From Promethearchaeota archaeon (GTDB lineage: Archaea > Asgardarchaeota > Lokiarchaeia > Sigyniarchaeales > SOKP01): a stretch of DNA of 64,000 nucleotides. The position numbers and the translations under genes are program-made. Numbering within the stretch: position 1 is the first letter of the stretch; every line of letters starts with the position of its first letter. The notes beneath the pieces were generated by a model that saw only the letters and a program-made list of their open reading frames with translations, had not been told where the DNA came from and ran no database searches. Positions 59,305 to 64,000 of this stretch are shown one piece after another. The stretch is taken from the NCBI GenBank assembly GCA_048941285.1, contig JBHLNS010000008.1, forward strand, positions 37,361 to 101,360, given 5' to 3'.

Positions 59305-60621
59305 TTAAGTTGATTTAAGATTATCAACTACAATCTTACCATTTTTTATTACTGTGGATACTAGATTTACTCCAAAATGATAAGGTAAGAAGTGATGATT
59401 TGGTACTTCAAAAACTAGTAAATCTGCTTTTTTCCCTATCTCTATACTTCCAATTTCATCTTGCTTTTGAACTGCACATGCAGCATTAATTGTTGATGCT
59501 GTAAGAGCTTCTGCAGGTGAAAGTCTCATATTGTAACATGCTAATGCCATAACCATTTGCATTGATTCTGTCCAGCAATTTGGATTAAGATCTGTAGCTA
59601 AAGCAATAGGAACTCCATATTCTATCATTTTTCTAGCGGGAGCATATTGATTTAACATTAAGCAAAAGGGTGTAGCTGGTAAAAGAGTGGCTATAACTCC
59701 GGTTTCAGCCATAGCTTTCAAACCTTCATCATTAGATTTTAACAAATGACCAGTCTGAATTGCTCTTAATTCAGCAGCGAGCAAGGCTCCATTTGTATCA
59801 ACTATCTCATCAATATGGATTTGTGGTTCTAATCCATATCTTATTGCTGTTTTTAAAATTTTACGAGTCTGTTTTACTGAAAATATCCCTTTCTCGCAAA
59901 AAACATCACAGAATTTAGCAAGGCCTTCTTTAGCAATTTTTGGAATCATATCCGAAATAATTAATTCAACATATTTATCAGTTCTATCCTTATATTCAGG
60001 TGGTATTGCATGTGCTCCTAAAAATGTTGGAACAATATCTATCGGATGGTCTTCATTTAAAATTTGAATAGCTTCTAGTTGTTTAATTTCGCTTTCAGTT
60101 GTTAATCCATAACCAGATTTCGTTTCTAATGTGGTTGTTCCATATGAAATCATTCTATCTAAGATTTTCTTTCCATTTTGAACTAATTTCTCTAATGACG
60201 CTTTTCTAGTTTCATTAACTGTTTTTAAAATACCACCTCCTAATTTTAATATCTCTAGATATGTCTTTCCCTCAAGTTTCATTGATAATTCATTTTCTCG
60301 TGAGCCTTCAAAAATTATATGTGTATGAGGATCTATGAAACCTGGGGTAACTAGTTTATTTGTTGCATCAATTTTGGTAGGTATTTTTCCAAATTCAAAT
60401 TTTGATATAAGTTCATCTGTAGTCCCAATAAACACAATCCTGTCATCTTTAACAGCTACTGCTCCATCATCAATAATAGCTAATTCAGACATATCTTCAC
60501 CAATTCTCGGGGCTCCATATTTTGTATTCATTGTTATGAGTTCATTAGCATGAACTATAACTAAATCAGGCTCAAGACTCGAGAATAATTCTTTTTTTGA
60601 ATATGTAGATGCTACAAACAA
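59305..60621 (-). CDS. hutI: Imidazolonepropionase
   Basis: PGFIDPHTH, GGGILKTV, KSGYGL, FLGAH, DVFCEKG, ATDLNP. Confidence 0.95.
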   Translation of the reverse strand: MFVASTYSKKELFSSLEPDLVIVHANELITMNTKYGAPRIGEDMSELAIIDDGAVAVKDDRIVFIGTTDELISKFEFGKIPTKIDATNKLVTPGFIDPHTHIIFEGSRENELSMKLEGKTYLEILKLGGGILKTVNETRKASLEKLVQNGKKILDRMISYGTTTLETKSGYGLTTESEIKQLEAIQILNEDHPIDIVPTFLGAHAIPPEYKDRTDKYVELIISDMIPKIAKEGLAKFCDVFCEKGIFSVKQTRKILKTAIRYGLEPQIHIDEIVDTNGALLAAELRAIQTGHLLKSNDEGLKAMAETGVIATLLPATPFCLMLNQYAPARKMIEYGVPIALATDLNPNCWTESMQMVMALACYNMRLSPAEALTASTINAACAVQKQDEIGSIEIGKKADLLVFEVPNHHFLPYHFGVNLVSTVIKNGKIVVDNLKST

Positions 60622-60622
60622 T

Positions 60623-62158
60623 TTAATCCAACTCTAATGCTTTTTCAGTAATTTTTAATAATTCTTTACTTCTAATGATTTCTAAGGTGGTTTTAATATA
60701 GTCAGATAATACGGTATCTTTAATAACATGAGGTATTTTAGACCTGACATATTTATGAACTTCTTCTAAAATTATGCTAGATTTTAAGGGTCTTCTAAAA
60801 TCAAGAGCTTGAGAAGCACAAAGAAGTTCTATAGCAAGAATTTTTTCAAGATTATTTATAATTTTAAGAGTTTTTCTTGCACTAATTGGTGCCATACTCA
60901 CATGATCTTCTTGTCCAGCTCCTGTAGGAATACTATCGGCACTTGACGGAAAACATAGTGTTTTATTTTCACTAGCTAGAGCTGCAGATGTATATTGTGT
61001 TAACATAAATCCAGAGTTTAGACCGGCTTTAGTCACTAAATTTGAAGGCAATCCCCACTTTCCTTCAAGTAATAAGAAAATACGACGATCAGAAATATTT
61101 CCTAATTCAGATGCCGCTAAACTTACATAATCTAAAGGCAAGGCTAGAGGCTGTCCATGAAAATTACCTCCACTATATGTTTCATTCTCATTAAAGACAA
61201 TTGGATTATCAGTAACTGAATTAAGTTCACATTCTAGTATCTTATTTAAATGTATAAAAGCATCTCTAGAGGCACCATGAACTTGTGCGATGCAGCGAAT
61301 AGAATAAGGATCTTGGACACGTTCACAATCTTTATGTGATTCCACTAATTCAGAATTTTCAAGAAATTTCCTCATTCTTTGTGCAACAATTACTGCCCCC
61401 GAATGTGGTCGCAATTTTATTAACTTCTCAGCAAAAGGCTGAGGTGAAGCTAAATAACCTTCAAGAGATAAAGCTCCTATGAGATCTGCATAATCCAAAC
61501 AAGTTGAGAATTTTTCTATTATTTTTATTGTGTGAGCAGAAATAAATTGTGTACCATTAATTAATGCTAAACCTTCTTTTGCTTCCAGTTTTATTGGCAT
61601 CAATTTTTGTTCTTTTAAAACTATACCTGCGGGGATATAATTATTATTATCATGAGTTAAAAATCCTAATCCTATTAATGGCAAGAAAAGATGAGCTAAT
61701 GGAGCAAGATCTCCTGACGCTCCAACTGAACCTTGCATAGGAACTAATGGGATATAATTATTATCAATATGCCAACAGATTCTTTCCACCACATTAAAAG
61801 AGATTCCAGAATATCCCATACATAATGCATGAACTTTTAAGATTAACATCAATTTTGAAATTTCTGGGTCTATGGGAGAACCTACTCCCACACTATGACT
61901 CTTAAGAAGATTTTCCTGTAAAACCCCAGTCTCTTCTTTTGATATTCTAGTAGTGCAAAGAGAGCCGAATCCAGTATTTATACTATATACTAATTTTTCT
62001 CCTTTAACAATAGATTGGACAGCATTATAATTTTTAACAATCCTTTCTTTAACCTCATCAGTGAGAATACCTTTTATAGATTCTCTTGAGATTTCTAAAG
62101 CCTTTTCTACAGAGAGTTTGTCAATTCCATACTTAAATTCCTTTTTCATTAAAGTCAA
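60623..62158 (-). CDS. hutH: Histidine ammonia-lyase
   Basis: YSINTGFG, GSVGASGDLAPLAH (MIO), KEGLALING, QDPYSIRC, GGNFHG, QEDHVSM. Confidence 0.96.
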   Translation of the reverse strand: MTLMKKEFKYGIDKLSVEKALEISRESIKGILTDEVKERIVKNYNAVQSIVKGEKLVYSINTGFGSLCTTRISKEETGVLQENLLKSHSVGVGSPIDPEISKLMLILKVHALCMGYSGISFNVVERICWHIDNNYIPLVPMQGSVGASGDLAPLAHLFLPLIGLGFLTHDNNNYIPAGIVLKEQKLMPIKLEAKEGLALINGTQFISAHTIKIIEKFSTCLDYADLIGALSLEGYLASPQPFAEKLIKLRPHSGAVIVAQRMRKFLENSELVESHKDCERVQDPYSIRCIAQVHGASRDAFIHLNKILECELNSVTDNPIVFNENETYSGGNFHGQPLALPLDYVSLAASELGNISDRRIFLLLEGKWGLPSNLVTKAGLNSGFMLTQYTSAALASENKTLCFPSSADSIPTGAGQEDHVSMAPISARKTLKIINNLEKILAIELLCASQALDFRRPLKSSIILEEVHKYVRSKIPHVIKDTVLSDYIKTTLEIIRSKELLKITEKALELD

Positions 62159-62240
62159 CTTCTAATAGTTATTAACCAAGGCTAAATCTAAAACATTCTT
62201 CAAATAAGAATTTTTTAAAAAATTTAAATCGAATTATTTT

Positions 62241-64000
62241 TCATTTGAGTTTTTTTAAAAACTTATCTACAATATTATCTAAAAGCTTATCTTCTGCTAA
62301 AAAGGGTAATGTTAAATGCCCTTTTTTTTCATTTTCTATGTTCCATTTATGAGCTGTTTCAAGAGCATTAGTGTTTCTAGCCCAACTTCTTCTTGCAATA
62401 CCACCCATTACATCCCATTCAATAGCAGTTTTGATGATATTATTAACTCTCTCAGATCCATCTAAAACTAATCCAAATCCTCCATTAAAACACTTTCCAA
62501 TCCCAACGCCACCTCCATTCGATAAAACAACATAAGTCATTCCTCTTACGGCATTTCCTGCAAAACAATGAATAGACATTTCCGCCATAACGTTACTTCC
62601 ATCTCTAATATTAGATGTTTCCCTAAAAGGAGAATCGGTTCCTGAAACATCATGATGATCTCTACCTAGCATTATAGGCTCAATCTCACCTTTTTTTACT
62701 AAATTATTAAACTTCAAAGCTATATTAATACGTTCTTTAGCATCAGCGTATAAAATTCTAGCTTTTGTACCAACAACCAATTTATTCTTTTTGGCATCGC
62801 GAATCCAATTATAGTTATCTCGATCTTGAGGTCTTCCCTCTGGGTCAATGCAATTCATTGCCACTTGATCAGTTTTATCTAAATCACTGTCTTTCCCTGA
62901 AAGGCATACCCATCTGAAAGGTCCATAACCATAATCAAAACAAATTGGTCCCATAATATCCTCGACATAAGAGGGAAATATAAAGCCTTCTGATAAATCA
63001 TTTCCATTTTTTGCAATATTTTTAGAACCTGCATCAAAAACTGCTTTCATAAAAGAATTTCCATAATCCCAGAAAAAGGTACCTCTTTTTGTCATTATTT
63101 CAATGAGTTTGAAATGTTCATTTAAAGATTCATCTATTAGCTTTTTAAATCTCTCAATATTTGTTTTAATTAATTCCCTACCCTCTTTAAAGCTTATTTG
63201 ATAAGGAGTATAACCCCCTTCATAAACCGCGTGACAAGAAGTCTGATCTGAAGCAAGATCTACTTTGATGCTATTTTCAACTACATATTTCCACAGATTA
63301 ACAACATTGCCATTATATGCTATTGATAAAGGTCTTTTTGATATTCTAGCATCATTAACCCATCTAAATATCTCATCTAAGTTATCAGATATTCGCGAAA
63401 CCCATCCTTGTTCATATCGAGTTTTAATTCTTGATTCGTCAACTTCAGCTATTACACCGATTCCTCCTGCAATTTCTACAGCTTTCGCTTGTGCACCGCT
63501 CATACCACCTAACCCAGAAGATAGATACAATATACCACTTAAATCTTTGTCTTGAGGTAAATTCAGATATAGTCTCGCAGCGTTCAATAATGTAATATAA
63601 GTTCCATGGACAATACCTTGAGGTCCGATATACATCCACCCTCCAGCGGTCATTTGACCATAATTAGCCACCCCTAGGGCTGCAGCAACTGAAAAATCAT
63701 CGGGATTATCAAACATTCCAACCATTAACCCATTAGTAGAGATAACTCTTGGAGCATTTTGTGATGTTGGGAAAATACCAATCGGATGTCCTGATGCTAC
63801 AACAAGAGTTTGAGTTCCATTAATAATCTCAAGGTATTTTTTAACTAAACGATACTGCATCCAATTTTGGAAGACTTGTCCACTCTCACCATAAGTCACT
63901 AATTCATATGGGTAAAGCGCTACATCAAAATCCAGATTATTATCAATCATCACTTGTAGTGCCTTTCCCTCAAGAGTATTTCCTAAATATTCATTAATGG
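62241..64000 (-). CDS. hutU: Urocanate hydratase, long form (5' end lies beyond the window)
   Basis: NNLD..VA, ELVTYG, YGQMTAG, GLGGMSGAQ, DQTSCH, GPFRW, GRDHHD; the frame stays open to base 64000. Confidence 0.95.
   Translation of the reverse strand, partial: INEYLGNTLEGKALQVMIDNNLDFDVALYPYELVTYGESGQVFQNWMQYRLVKKYLEIINGTQTLVVASGHPIGIFPTSQNAPRVISTNGLMVGMFDNPDDFSVAAALGVANYGQMTAGGWMYIGPQGIVHGTYITLLNAARLYLNLPQDKDLSGILYLSSGLGGMSGAQAKAVEIAGGIGVIAEVDESRIKTRYEQGWVSRISDNLDEIFRWVNDARISKRPLSIAYNGNVVNLWKYVVENSIKVDLASDQTSCHAVYEGGYTPYQISFKEGRELIKTNIERFKKLIDESLNEHFKLIEIMTKRGTFFWDYGNSFMKAVFDAGSKNIAKNGNDLSEGFIFPSYVEDIMGPICFDYGYGPFRWVCLSGKDSDLDKTDQVAMNCIDPEGRPQDRDNYNWIRDAKKNKLVVGTKARILYADAKERINIALKFNNLVKKGEIEPIMLGRDHHDVSGTDSPFRETSNIRDGSNVMAEMSIHCFAGNAVRGMTYVVLSNGGGVGIGKCFNGGFGLVLDGSERVNNIIKTAIEWDVMGGIARRSWARNTNALETAHKWNIENEKKGHLTLPFLAEDKLLDNIVDKFLKKLK

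Noticed and set aside
2819-63639. Many short overlapping ORFs in the track (e.g. 5891-6385, 12426-12803, 20793-21188, 40566-40889, 43404-43739, 54943-55254)
   Set aside because: Antisense or alternate-frame shadows of well-supported genes, typically Ser/Phe/Ile-rich, with no motifs
1-64000. Mobile element, provirus or defence island
   Set aside because: No integrase, transposase, capsid, terminal repeat or recognisable defence gene; composition looks uniform and housekeeping genes are interspersed throughout

Overview
AT-rich, densely coding archaeal chromosome segment, almost certainly from an Asgard archaeon and most like Lokiarchaeia. This assignment is inferred from gene content: archaeal RadA, ASH-Ski2 helicase, ACD beta and ComDE occur together with eukaryotic-signature proteins (an actin-family protein, three longin-like proteins, a Rab-like GTPase, an Rpn11/CSN5-like JAMM protein and PCI/winged-helix proteins). 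Housekeeping genes include thrC, folD, purH, guaB, a pgi-like gene, radA, a SERCA-type Ca2+ ATPase and a histidine-degradation cluster (hutU partial at the window end, hutH, hutI, ftcd). I saw no rRNA, tRNA, CRISPR array, integrase or transposase. The most notable observations are: (1) a JAMM-TPR, tandem C2HC zinc-finger and PCI-like cluster at 38.7-42.8 kb resembling a primitive proteasome-lid/COP9 toolkit; (2) an actin with substituted catalytic residues and an inserted pair of zinc ribbons; (3) a 1559-aa receptor-like protein with an ectodomain, one TM helix and a cytoplasmic longin domain; (4) split and fused versions of the same two-domain GbsR-like regulator, sharing an upstream TTCATGAA palindrome; (5) an SSUH2-like DnaJ-zinc-finger protein; (6) an apparent ATT start codon for guaB; (7) two small ORFs and an ICMT pseudogene missing from the ORF track. 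All family assignments come from motif recognition by eye, without database searches.
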